From NCBI GenBank assembly GCA_963797095.1, contig CAWCNY010000005.1, forward strand, positions 615,425 to 679,424: 64,000 nt of DNA, given 5' to 3'. Positions within the stretch are counted from its first letter, which is position 1. Each line of letters begins with the position of its first letter. Below are positions 39,582-49,800 of the stretch, piece after piece. The position numbers and the translations under genes were made by a program. Origin of the DNA: an uncultured Chloroflexia bacterium (GTDB lineage: Bacteria; Chloroflexota; Chloroflexia; QHBQ01; JADMIH01). Below the pieces are notes generated by a model, which did no database searches, was not told the DNA's origin, and was given only the letters and a program-made list of their open reading frames with translations.

Positions 39582-39624
39582 GGGTAGTGGGTAATAGGAT
39601 CTTTGTTAAGGGTCTGTGCTTTTT

Positions 39625-39740
39625 GGCGTGGTGTGCTTCCAAAGGGTGATCTTAGCGAGCGAGATCCTTCACTTCGTTCAGGATGACAACCTCTTTGTTG
39701 GTTCGTTTCTTGCCACAATTTCGTTAGCGAAGTACTCAGG
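39625..39740. repeat. Second repeat family, copy 2
   Basis: The sequence is GAGCGAGATCCTTCACTTCGTTCAGGATGACAACC...CAATTTCGTTAGCG. It lies immediately upstream of the DUF1786 gene, and a further CAGGATGACA motif follows. Confidence 0.8.
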
Positions 39741-39810
39741 AAGACAAGTTCTGAGTCAGGATGACAGGCCCTGAGGTGGGATGGTTGTAGATTATTCTTG
39801 CCGGATACCG

Positions 39811-40704
39811 TTAGCTGCCGGCGAGGACTTCTACTTGCTCGCCTACCAGACGCCAGACTATGGGGCGCATCTGGTCGGGGTCGGCGCTGGTGTAGACCGT
39901 GAGGGTGCCTTTGCGGTCTTGTGGGTAGAGGAGGCCGCGCGAGGCTAGGACGCGGGCGGTCTGGCGGGAGACGCCTTCTCCGGAGTCGATGAGGAGGATG
40001 GTGTCGCCCACTACTTTGCGAACAAGAGGGGCGAGGAAGGGGTAGTGGGTACAGCCGAAAACGATGGCATCGACGTTGTGTTCGAGCATGGGGGCTAGGA
40101 AGCGGCGAACTGAGGCTTCGGTCTGGGGAGTATCGAGGTCGCCGCGCTCTACGGCCTCTACCCAGCCTTCGGGGGCTACTTTGATCACCTGGACGCCTGC
40201 GGGGTTGGCGAAGCGGTCGATTACGTCGGTGAGGAGGCGGCCACGGATGGCGGCTTTGGTGGCTAGGACGCCTACGACGCCTGTGCGGGTTAGCTCGACG
40301 GCGGGCTTGACGGCGGGGACGAGGCCCACTATGGGGAGGGGGTAGGTGGCGCGTAGGTGTTCGAGGCCGGCTGCGGAGGCAGCGTTGCAGGCGACTACAA
40401 CGGTCTTGGCGGCGCGCTCCATGAGGAAGGCGGTGATCCAGGCGGAACGGTCGCGGAGCCATTCGTCGGGACGACCGCCGTAGGGGCAGTTGCCGCTGTC
40501 GGCATAGTAGACGATGTCTTCGTGGGGGAGGAGCTGGCGCAGCTCATTGATGATGGAGAGGCCGCCCACGCCGGAGTCGAATGCGGCGAGCGGACAGAGC
40601 GCAGCCAGAGAGGCGAATGGGTAGGGGTTATGCTGGGCGGAACCTTCGAGTTCGCCAGGGCCTACGGCGTTTTCGATTGAGTTGGGCATGTATGCCACGG
40701 CCAT
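39811..40704 (-). CDS. murI: Glutamate racemase
   Basis: The AFDSGVGGLS, GNCPYG and VVACNAASA motifs are present. The start is uncertain; the track ORF extends to 40758. Confidence 0.85.
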   Translation of the reverse strand: MAVAYMPNSIENAVGPGELEGSAQHNPYPFASLAALCPLAAFDSGVGGLSIINELRQLLPHEDIVYYADSGNCPYGGRPDEWLRDRSAWITAFLMERAAKTVVVACNAASAAGLEHLRATYPLPIVGLVPAVKPAVELTRTGVVGVLATKAAIRGRLLTDVIDRFANPAGVQVIKVAPEGWVEAVERGDLDTPQTEASVRRFLAPMLEHNVDAIVFGCTHYPFLAPLVRKVVGDTILLIDSGEGVSRQTARVLASRGLLYPQDRKGTLTVYTSADPDQMRPIVWRLVGEQVEVLAGS

Positions 40705-40969
40705 GGGGGATTGTCCTGTGTATGGGGTTAGTATCTTATGGTGGGAGGCGCTTGTCAAGCGCGAGGCTGTCTTTGGGTTGAAGCAAAGATGGCTTCTGAT
40801 ACTTTAGGACTGGTACGCCCACCACGACCCCACCCTAAGTCCCTCCCCAGAGTGGGGAGGGACTTTCAAAATAAAGCAAAAATCGGTCGATCTTTTCTTT
40901 ATTATGATCCAGATTGGGGTTCGCCAGGTGTAGGAGCGGAATGCAGGGCATTGCCGACATCCCCAGTGG

Positions 40970-42265
40970 TTAGGGTAGGAGACGGACACCCTCGAACAGG
41001 CGGCTTACGTCGAAGAAGGTGATTATCGCCATGAGTGCCAGGAGGACCACCATGCCTGCGAAGTGGACCATGCCTTCTTTTTCGGGGGCTATCTTGCGGC
41101 CACCTCTTAGAAGCTCGATGATGATGAAGAGGAGGCGGCCACCGTCGAGGGCGGGGAGGGGAAGCAGGTTGATCATAAAGAGGGAGATGCCGAGGAGGGC
41201 GGTGAGGTTGAGGAGGCCGTTGATGCCTGCTTCCTGGGCTACTTCACCGGTCAATTGGCTGATACCTACTATGGAAGTAACGCCAGGGCCATCGGACTGG
41301 CCTGAGAGGGCCTGGGCTATGCCAGCGGGTATGCTGGCGATGACATCCCAGGTGTTCTGGAGAGCGCGGCCCAGGGCTTCGCCGGGGCTGTAGTATACGG
41401 TGCGGATAGGCTCGTAGGTGCCGAAGTCGTAGCGCCCGCCACTGCTATTCACGGTAATCGTGTGCTGTGCTCCGGCACGCTGGATTATGAGTTGGACAGG
41501 CCCATCGCTGGAAGTGATCAGATATTGGGCTTTGATGTTGTTGTCCACGGGCTGGCCGTTGACAGACAGGATCTCGTCACCGTTCTGCAGACCCGCTTCG
41601 GCGGCTGCGCTGCCATCGCGCACGCTGTCAACTATGGCGGGGGAATACCAGGCGTAAAGGCCAACACCCAGGTAGGGGGAGGTGGTGTTGGGGGTAATGG
41701 TGAGGTTTACTTCCTGGCCGTCGCGCAGGACAGTGTAGACAGTGGGCTTGCCACCATTCTGGTTGCTGAGAGTGCGAATATCGTCGTCGGAGGCGACGGG
41801 CTGACCGGCGATCTTGATGATTTTGTCGCCTACCTGCATACCGGCAACGCCAGCGGGTGCAGTTTCCGTGACAGATACTATACCTGTCAGGGGGGCAAGG
41901 TTGGTGTTTATCTCCTGGGTGCCTGAGATAGCCATGCCCGCGAAGATGACGAGGGCCAGGAGGAGGTTCATGGTGGAACCTGCTGCAAGCACGATGATGC
42001 GCTTCCAGGCGGGGGCCATACCGAACGAGCGGGGATCATCGGAGTCGCCGTTTTCGCCGGTGATCTTGACGAAGCCGCCGATGGGCAGCAGATTCAGGGA
42101 ATAGTCAATGCCCTTACGACGGATGGCGAAGATGCGCGGCGGGAAGCCTATGCCGAATTCCTCGACTTTGATGCCGAGCCATATCGCGGTGAAAAAGTGC
42201 CCCATCTCGTGAACTATGATCAATATACCGAGTACAGGGACTACCCATAGCCAACTGAAATCCAT
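40970..42265 (-). CDS. rseP: RIP zinc metalloprotease RseP (site-2 protease) with PDZ domains
   Basis: The HEMGHFF HExxH motif lies in TM1. Two PDZ-like segments and the C-terminal LDGG motif are present. Confidence 0.85.
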   Translation of the reverse strand: MDFSWLWVVPVLGILIIVHEMGHFFTAIWLGIKVEEFGIGFPPRIFAIRRKGIDYSLNLLPIGGFVKITGENGDSDDPRSFGMAPAWKRIIVLAAGSTMNLLLALVIFAGMAISGTQEINTNLAPLTGIVSVTETAPAGVAGMQVGDKIIKIAGQPVASDDDIRTLSNQNGGKPTVYTVLRDGQEVNLTITPNTTSPYLGVGLYAWYSPAIVDSVRDGSAAAEAGLQNGDEILSVNGQPVDNNIKAQYLITSSDGPVQLIIQRAGAQHTITVNSSGGRYDFGTYEPIRTVYYSPGEALGRALQNTWDVIASIPAGIAQALSGQSDGPGVTSIVGISQLTGEVAQEAGINGLLNLTALLGISLFMINLLPLPALDGGRLLFIIIELLRGGRKIAPEKEGMVHFAGMVVLLALMAIITFFDVSRLFEGVRLLP

Positions 42266-42360
42266 TCTTCTAACTCCGAGGGTGAGGGAAACGTGACTAT
42301 TTCGTACTGCCTACTGCCTACTGCGTATTGCTTACTTCGTACTACTTAACTCGTCACCTG

Positions 42361-43575
42361 TCACGTTTCATTTATCATTTCTTGGGCCTTCTGCCTTGCC
42401 CAGTCGTCGGCCCACTTGATGTCTTGTATGTCGGGATGGGGAATGGCGGTTCCAACATGATTTTCGAGCACTTTCTCTATTATACCAGGAATTTGCCCGA
42501 AGCGGATTTCTTCGCGTAGGAAGGAGGCGACGGCTATTTCGTCGGCGGCAGCCATTACGGTGGGGTAGGTGCCACCTTTGCGCCCGGCCTCGAAGGCGAG
42601 GTCGAGGCAAGGGAAGCGGGGGCGGTCGACCGCTTCGAAGTGGAGCGCGCCGAGCGCGGGCCAATCGGCGCGGGGGTGGGCGGGATTGGGGTAGCGCTGG
42701 GGGTGGGTGAGGGCATACTGGATGGGGACGCGCATATCAGGGATGCCTAGCTGGGCTTTGGCTGAGCCGTCTACGAAGCGCACCATCGAGTGGATAATGC
42801 TTTCGGGGTGGACTATCACCTCTATGTCGTCGAAGGGGACGCCGAAGAGCCAGTGGGCTTCGATCACTTCCAGGCCCTTGTTCATGAGGGTGGCGGAGTC
42901 GATGGTGACTTTAGCGCCCATGTTCCAGGTGGGGTGATTGAGGGCCTGGCGGGGTGTGGCGTTGTAGGTGCTCTGGAGATCCCACTTGCGGAAGGGGCCG
43001 CCCGATGCGGTGAGGACGACTTTCTCGATGCAGTCCCAGGCACCGGAGACGCCACGAGTGTCTTCGCGGCGGGGGGCTTCGGGCTCGCCAACGAGGCACT
43101 GCCAGATGGCGCTGTGCTCGCTGTCGATCGGGCGGATGCGGATGCCTTTCTCGCGGGCGAGGGAGGTGACGATGGTGCCAGCCATCACGAGGGCTTCTTT
43201 GTTGGCGAGGGCGATCTGCTTGCCAGCGCCGAGGGCGGCGAGAGTGGGGGCGAAGCCCGCGTGGCCGGTGGTGGCGACCACCACCATGTCTACTTCGGGG
43301 TGGGTAGCGAGTTCGACCATGCCGGATTCGCCTGAGAGGATGCGAGAGTCGTTGCGGGCGGCTTGTTCTTCGGCGAGGGCGAGGAGGAGGGGAGGTTGTG
43401 GGAGGGAGGCGGCTTGCTTCAGGAGGGCGCCGCGGTCGCGGCCCGCGCCGAGGGCGACCACCTGGAAATGGTCCGGGAGGCGGCTGACTACGTCGAGGGT
43501 CTGGGTGCCGATGGAGCCGGTTGAGCCGAGGATGGCAATACGGATTTTGGATTTTGGATTTTGGATTTTGGACAT
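42361..43575 (-). CDS. dxr: 1-deoxy-D-xylulose 5-phosphate reductoisomerase
   Basis: The N-terminus reads RIAILGSTGSIGTQTLDV and Dxr core motifs are present. Codons 2-10 are encoded by a GGATTTT heptamer tandem repeat, translated as SKIQNPKSK. Confidence 0.9.
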   Translation of the reverse strand: MSKIQNPKSKIRIAILGSTGSIGTQTLDVVSRLPDHFQVVALGAGRDRGALLKQAASLPQPPLLLALAEEQAARNDSRILSGESGMVELATHPEVDMVVVATTGHAGFAPTLAALGAGKQIALANKEALVMAGTIVTSLAREKGIRIRPIDSEHSAIWQCLVGEPEAPRREDTRGVSGAWDCIEKVVLTASGGPFRKWDLQSTYNATPRQALNHPTWNMGAKVTIDSATLMNKGLEVIEAHWLFGVPFDDIEVIVHPESIIHSMVRFVDGSAKAQLGIPDMRVPIQYALTHPQRYPNPAHPRADWPALGALHFEAVDRPRFPCLDLAFEAGRKGGTYPTVMAAADEIAVASFLREEIRFGQIPGIIEKVLENHVGTAIPHPDIQDIKWADDWARQKAQEMINET

Positions 43576-43626
43576 TCGAAGTGTAATTCAGGGAACCACA
43601 GAGGCACTGAGGCACTGAGGTTCTTT
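43535..43626. repeat. Heptanucleotide tandem repeat (GGATTTT, 4-5 units, inside the dxr 5' end) plus an adjacent 8-mer repeat (GAGGCACT, ~2.5 units)
   Basis: The heptamer run is ggattttggattttggattttggattttgga. The 8-mer run is cagaggcactgaggcactgagg. Confidence 0.9.
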
Positions 43627-43632
43627 TGGGTT

Positions 43633-44523
43633 TTAGAGGTTGGGTAGGAGTTTGAGGGGGATGTAGAGGGCTAAGGCGATGAGGATGGGGTCGTGGCTTA
43701 GTTCTACGAGGGTGCGGGCCAGGTTTAGGCCGGGGGCGGTGGAGGCGCGGGAACCTGAGGCGGCAGAGACTAGAGGGCGGGTGAGGAGGCCGATCAGGAG
43801 GGCTGTGCCTATCAGAAGGGCGACCAGGAGGCCGAAGATTACGCGCCACAAAGGTTCGGTGTCGGCGTTGAACATGGTGAAGGAGAAGAGCACCACGGCT
43901 AGGGCTGTTGCGAGGATGAGAGCGATCAGATTGGCGGCGGTGATGTTGGTGCGGCGGCCCAATCGCCTGGTGGCGAGGGAGAGGGCTTCGAAGACGAGGG
44001 GCGGGAGGAGGACCAGGAGGATGAGGGGAGCGAGCCTGTTGGCGAAACTGTTGGCTACGAGCCACATGGCCTGCACACCAACGGAGGAGTAGAGGGCCAC
44101 GCCCATGACGAGCGCCCAGTCGCGGAGGGCGCGGGGAAGGTCGTGGCGGGGGAGTTGGGCGGCGAGGGTGAGGGCGGTGACAGGGCCGAGGGCTTCGACG
44201 GTGCGTTCAGGACCGATCAGGAGGCCGGGGAGGGTGAGCGCTCCATAGGTGGCGACGGTGAGAAGGGACCAGACCAGGCGATTACGCCGGGAGCCTTCGA
44301 AGAGGTTGTGGGAGGCGAACCCGGAGAGGAGGAAGCCCCAAAGAAGAAGGGTGGCGGGGACGGGGTTGAGGAAACCCCAGGCTACAAACCAGGAAAGAGG
44401 GTTGCCAACGGACATGAGGAGCACGATGGCAACCACAAGGAGGATTTTCCAGGTGAGGGTGATCCAGGTTGCGCGGGGCGCGGGCGCGCCGCCCATTCTG
44501 GCTCTACCGGCGGAGGCATCCAT
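43633..44523 (-). CDS. Polytopic membrane protein of unknown function. It occupies the position usually held by cdsA but lacks the CdsA signature.
   Basis: About 8 hydrophobic helices are predicted. No S-x-x-KR...GHGG...DR motif was found. Confidence 0.55.
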   Translation of the reverse strand: MDASAGRARMGGAPAPRATWITLTWKILLVVAIVLLMSVGNPLSWFVAWGFLNPVPATLLLWGFLLSGFASHNLFEGSRRNRLVWSLLTVATYGALTLPGLLIGPERTVEALGPVTALTLAAQLPRHDLPRALRDWALVMGVALYSSVGVQAMWLVANSFANRLAPLILLVLLPPLVFEALSLATRRLGRRTNITAANLIALILATALAVVLFSFTMFNADTEPLWRVIFGLLVALLIGTALLIGLLTRPLVSAASGSRASTAPGLNLARTLVELSHDPILIALALYIPLKLLPNL

Positions 44524-44532
44524 TCGGGACGC

Positions 44533-45360
44533 CTACTTCACGGTAGCGGGATCGAAGGAGACAGAGGCGGCCTGGGCAGAGATGGCGTCGTTCCCGTTGT
44601 ACTCATGTATCTCTTCGGGAAGGATGCCGCCAAACTTGCGGTTGCGCCTGCCGTACTCGGCTATGGCCTCTCGGAAGGAGTCTTTGTCGAAATCGGGCCA
44701 GCAGGTGGGGGTTGAGTAGAACTCGGAATAGGAGGCCTGCCAGACGAGGAAATTGCTGAGACGCATCTCGCCGGCTGTGCGGATGATGAGGTCGGGGTCG
44801 GGGATCTCGCGGGTGTAGAGGTGGCTGGAAATGGCCTCTTCGGTGATGTCTTCAGGCTTGACGCCCTCGGCCACGAGATCGCGGACGGCGCGCACGATGT
44901 CATCGCGACCGCCATAGTTGAAGCAGACGCTGAGGATCAGGCGGTTGTTGTGCCTGGTGGTTTCGAGCGCGTAGGCTATGGCCTTCTGCAAGGAGGGGGG
45001 CACGTTTTCCATGTGGCCCAGGTGGCGGATCTGGACGCCCTCGCGGGACAATTCGGGAGTCTCTTTGTGGATCACCTCGGCCAGGATGCGCATGAGGCCC
45101 TGCACCTCACCGCTCGGCCTGTTCCAGTTTTCGGTGGAGAAGGCGTAGACGGTCAGGTATTTGACATCGTTCTCGACGCAGGCATGGACTATGCGGCGAA
45201 TGTTCTCGGTGCCTGCGCGGTGCCCGGCCAGGCGTGGGAGACCGCGCCTGCGCGCCCATCTGCCGTTGCCGTCCATAATGATGGCGACGTGCTGCGGCCG
45301 AGGATCCAGATGATTTTGGATTTTGGATTTTGGATTTTGGATTTTGGAGATATCGGACAT
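44533..45360 (-). CDS. uppS: Undecaprenyl-diphosphate synthase (isoprenyl transferase)
   Basis: The HVAIIMDGNGRWA and ENWNRP motifs are present. The N-terminal codons are encoded by a GGATTTT heptamer repeat, translated as SKIQNPKSKIQN. Confidence 0.9.
   Translation of the reverse strand: MSDISKIQNPKSKIQNHLDPRPQHVAIIMDGNGRWARRRGLPRLAGHRAGTENIRRIVHACVENDVKYLTVYAFSTENWNRPSGEVQGLMRILAEVIHKETPELSREGVQIRHLGHMENVPPSLQKAIAYALETTRHNNRLILSVCFNYGGRDDIVRAVRDLVAEGVKPEDITEEAISSHLYTREIPDPDLIIRTAGEMRLSNFLVWQASYSEFYSTPTCWPDFDKDSFREAIAEYGRRNRKFGGILPEEIHEYNGNDAISAQAASVSFDPATVK
45305..45352. repeat. Heptanucleotide tandem repeat (GGATTTT, ~5 units) at the uppS 5' end
   Basis: The run is gattttggattttggattttggattttggattttggag. 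Confidence 0.9.
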
Positions 45361-45525
45361 GGGTCGTTCTACTTTTGCTCCAAGTTTAGCCTGCCAGAGG
45401 ATTATATGCGCGTGTCTCTACTGAGATCAACGACTTGAGTGCTTAAAGATTACTCTCTCTACAATTTACGCGGGAGTTGCCAAAATGGGCGCGTCCGGGA
45501 AGACCCAAACCGAAATCCGAAATCG

Positions 45526-46083
45526 CTAGACTTCCATTACCTCGTCTTCTTTGGTCTGACCGACCACCTCGGCTTCGCGGGTGTAGGTATGCACGAGGGT
45601 TTCGAGGCGGTCGTTGGCGCGCTTGTGCTCGTCCTCGGAGATCATCTTTTCGTTCTCCATCTCCTTAAGGTCCTGCATGACATCGCGCCTGATGTTGCGG
45701 ATGGAGACGCGGCCTTCCTCGACCTTGTGCCGGACGGATTTGACCATATCGCGCCTGCGCTCTTCGGTGAGGGCGGGGATGGGGATGCGGATCAGCCTGC
45801 CGTCGTTGGCCGGGTTGAAGCCCTGCTCGGACTTCTGGAGGGCCTTTTCGATTGCGGCCATTGAGCTTTTGTCGTATGGCTGCACGACGAGAAGGCGAGG
45901 CTCAGGCGCGTTGATCTGGGCTAGCTGGTTTAGGGGAGTGGGAGTGCCGTAGTACTCGACCATGAGACGCTCAACGAGAGCGGGGGTGGCGCGCCCTGTG
46001 CGCACCGATTGCATATCGCGCTTGAGGGCCTCGATGGCCTTTTTCATACGGTCTTCAGCGTCTTTCAATAAGTCATCAATCAT
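45526..46083 (-). CDS. frr: Ribosome recycling factor
   Basis: A 185-aa protein typical of RRF (...VRTGRA...IRNIRRD...). Confidence 0.9.
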   Translation of the reverse strand: MIDDLLKDAEDRMKKAIEALKRDMQSVRTGRATPALVERLMVEYYGTPTPLNQLAQINAPEPRLLVVQPYDKSSMAAIEKALQKSEQGFNPANDGRLIRIPIPALTEERRRDMVKSVRHKVEEGRVSIRNIRRDVMQDLKEMENEKMISEDEHKRANDRLETLVHTYTREAEVVGQTKEDEVMEV

Positions 46084-46110
46084 TCTTTACCCCGTTGTAA
46101 TTCTAATTGC

Positions 46111-47624
<1,514 letters not shown>

Positions 47625-47735
47625 GTTTGTTGTTCCTCCTGGGATAATAAAATGCCGGTAGTCAAGTGTCGGTAGTCAGTTGCGGAAGATCCGCTACCGA
47701 CTACTGGCAACTGACTACCGACAACTTGTGTTTTT

Positions 47736-48737
47736 CTATGCTTCTTCGTCGTCGGGCGAGAAGCTGTACTCACCCGGCTCGACTGTGTAATCGAAATCTT
47801 GCTCGGCGCGCATGGTCTCGCGGCGCTGTTGGCCTTCGATGGCGGCGTCCGCAATCTTGGCGGTGATTACACGGACGGCCCTGATGGCGTCGTCGTTGGA
47901 GGGGATCACATAATCCACCTCGTCGGGATCGCAGTTGGTGTCGACCATAGCGACGACTATTATGCCAAGCTTGATGGCCTCTGTGATGGCAATGCGCTCG
48001 CGATGAGGGTCGACTATGAAGACGGCGCTCGGCAGGTCGCGCATGTTTTTGATGCCGCCCAGCAGGTTGTTGAGGCGCACGATCTGCTCTTCGAGCTTGC
48101 TGGCCTCGGCCTTCGGTAGGTCGTTGAACTCGCCACGCTCGCGGCGGAACTCGAGGTCCTGTAGGTAGCGAAGGCGCTCGCGGATGGTGCGGAAGTTGGT
48201 GAGCATACCGCCCATCCAGCGTTTGTTGACAAAGAGTTGCCCTGCGCGCTCGGATTCTTCCTGGATGGCTTCCTGGGCCTGCTTCTTGGTGCCGATGAAG
48301 AGAATTCTGTCGCCGCGCGCCACAAGGTCGCTCACGAAGTTCATGGCTGCCTGCAAGCCGGTGACGGTCTGCTGTAGGTCGATGATGTGGATGCCGTTGC
48401 GCTCGGTGAAGATGTAGGGCTTCATCTTGGGGTTCCAGCGCTTGGTCTGGTGCCCGAAGTGTACGCCCGCTTCGAGGAGGGCCTTCATGCTGATGCCGGT
48501 GGAAGCTGAGCCGGCGCTCACGTTGCCGTCGGCTGAGCCGTTCGCCGAGCGCTGTGGCCTGGCGGGTGCTTCGACCGGTGCTGTTTCGACCGGTGCTGTT
48601 TCGACCGGTGCTGTTTCGACCGGTGCTGTTTCGACCGGTGCGGCTTCCGCCACTGGAGCCTGGGCGACAGGAGCCTCGACGGCGGTGGGCTGTTCTGTAT
48701 CTACCTGCTGTTCGATGTCACTATCCATAGTTACCAA
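47736..48737 (-). CDS. rpsB: 30S ribosomal protein S2 with an ~83-aa acidic Pro/Ala-rich N-terminal extension
   Basis: The S2 core starts at [20 protein letters not shown]. The extended start TTG 48737 has a strong upstream GGAGG at 5-nt spacing. The extension contains 4x APVET from a 15-bp tandem repeat. The alternative short start is ATG 48489. Confidence 0.85.
   Translation of the reverse strand: MVTMDSDIEQQVDTEQPTAVEAPVAQAPVAEAAPVETAPVETAPVETAPVETAPVEAPARPQRSANGSADGNVSAGSASTGISMKALLEAGVHFGHQTKRWNPKMKPYIFTERNGIHIIDLQQTVTGLQAAMNFVSDLVARGDRILFIGTKKQAQEAIQEESERAGQLFVNKRWMGGMLTNFRTIRERLRYLQDLEFRRERGEFNDLPKAEASKLEEQIVRLNNLLGGIKNMRDLPSAVFIVDPHRERIAITEAIKLGIIVVAMVDTNCDPDEVDYVIPSNDDAIRAVRVITAKIADAAIEGQQRRETMRAEQDFDYTVEPGEYSFSPDDEEA
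48575..48640. repeat. 15-bp tandem repeat (cggtgctgtttcgac, ~4 units), encoding (APVET)x4 in the RpsB N-terminal extension
   Basis: The run is ccggtgctgtttcgaccggtgctgtttcgaccggtgctgtttcgaccggtgctgtttcgacc. Confidence 0.9.
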
Positions 48738-49221
48738 AGTTTCCTCCGTTTGTTATGCGTCCGCTGCTTTCATCCCTCAGGCCACGTACCACGGTGGTAC
48801 GCACAGGCCATCAAGTCCGGCAGCGTGCTTGATTTGGATTTGCAGCGCTCTCTAAGTAGCTTCATAAAAGTGGCTTCGTAGAGAATGCCAACAGCCATTA
48901 TACCACAGGTGGGCGTTGGTCGGCAAATTCGGTGGGGCGCGCAACAGTTCAGAGTTAGAGTAGAGAAGATACCGGAGTAGGGCACCCCTTGTGAGTGCCT
49001 GTTTGCGTGCCTAGATCGCTCCCCACTAGGGCATCCATAAAGGGTGCCCCTACTCTTCTTACCCCAAATCTGAACGCTTACTGGGGCGTGTTATATTATG
49101 GGAGTTCTGCCAGCGTTAGCCTTTGTGACGAGTGGACGGGGGATGAGGTAGAGAATAGATACGGACTGTGGTTATTCGGTGGTTAGTTTGAAGTGGAAGT
49201 TAAAGAACAGAGGAGTTGAAG

Positions 49222-49800
49222 GTGAAGAGTGTCAATCCGATTGTCATTGTGGAGTATCGACCGGAATGGGGGGAGGAGTTCGCGAGGATAGACGCACCTG
49301 TGCGGGAGGCGCTTGGGGAGATGGGGCTGAGGGTGGACCACATAGGCTCGACGGCGGTGCCGGGCCTGGCGGCCAAGGATATTATTGATGTGCAGGTGAC
49401 AGTGGGTGATTTCACGCCTGAAATGGATGAGGCCTTTCAGCGTGCGGGCTATGGTCGCCTGGAGTATACACAGGACCACCGGCCACCCAATGCGACGGGA
49501 TCGAACCGCGATTGGGAGAAGCGGATGTACCGGCCTACCGGCGCCGGGAGACCGATCAATTTGCACGTGCGCCGAGCGGGGAGCGCGAATGGGCGCTACG
49601 CCCTGCTGTTTCGCGATTATTTGCGGGCGCACCCTATGGCGGCAGCGGCTTACGGACAGGTAAAGATGGCGCTGGCAGAGCACGGGCCTACCGATTGGGA
49701 CCTCTATTACGATGTAAAGGACCCGGTGTGCGACATTATTATGGCGGGGGCGGAAGACTGGGCGGCGGCGACACTGTGGGGTATCGAGTATTACTCTTGA
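49222..49800 (+). CDS. GrpB-family protein (UPF0157)
   Basis: GrpB blocks are conserved (VEHIGSTAVPGLAAKDIIDV, GYG). The GTG start at 49222 sits 6 nt after AGGAG. The track ORF starts at TTG 49216. Confidence 0.7.
   Translation: MKSVNPIVIVEYRPEWGEEFARIDAPVREALGEMGLRVDHIGSTAVPGLAAKDIIDVQVTVGDFTPEMDEAFQRAGYGRLEYTQDHRPPNATGSNRDWEKRMYRPTGAGRPINLHVRRAGSANGRYALLFRDYLRAHPMAAAAYGQVKMALAEHGPTDWDLYYDVKDPVCDIIMAGAEDWAAATLWGIEYYS

Noticed and set aside
42968-43618. Plus-strand ORF ending in RILDFGFWILDIRSV, opposite dxr
   Set aside because: It is an antisense translation of the GGATTTT heptamer array and the dxr coding region, while dxr itself is strongly supported.
43633-44523. Calling this gene cdsA on synteny alone
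   Set aside because: I could not find the CdsA CTP-transferase signature, so I left it as an uncharacterised membrane protein.
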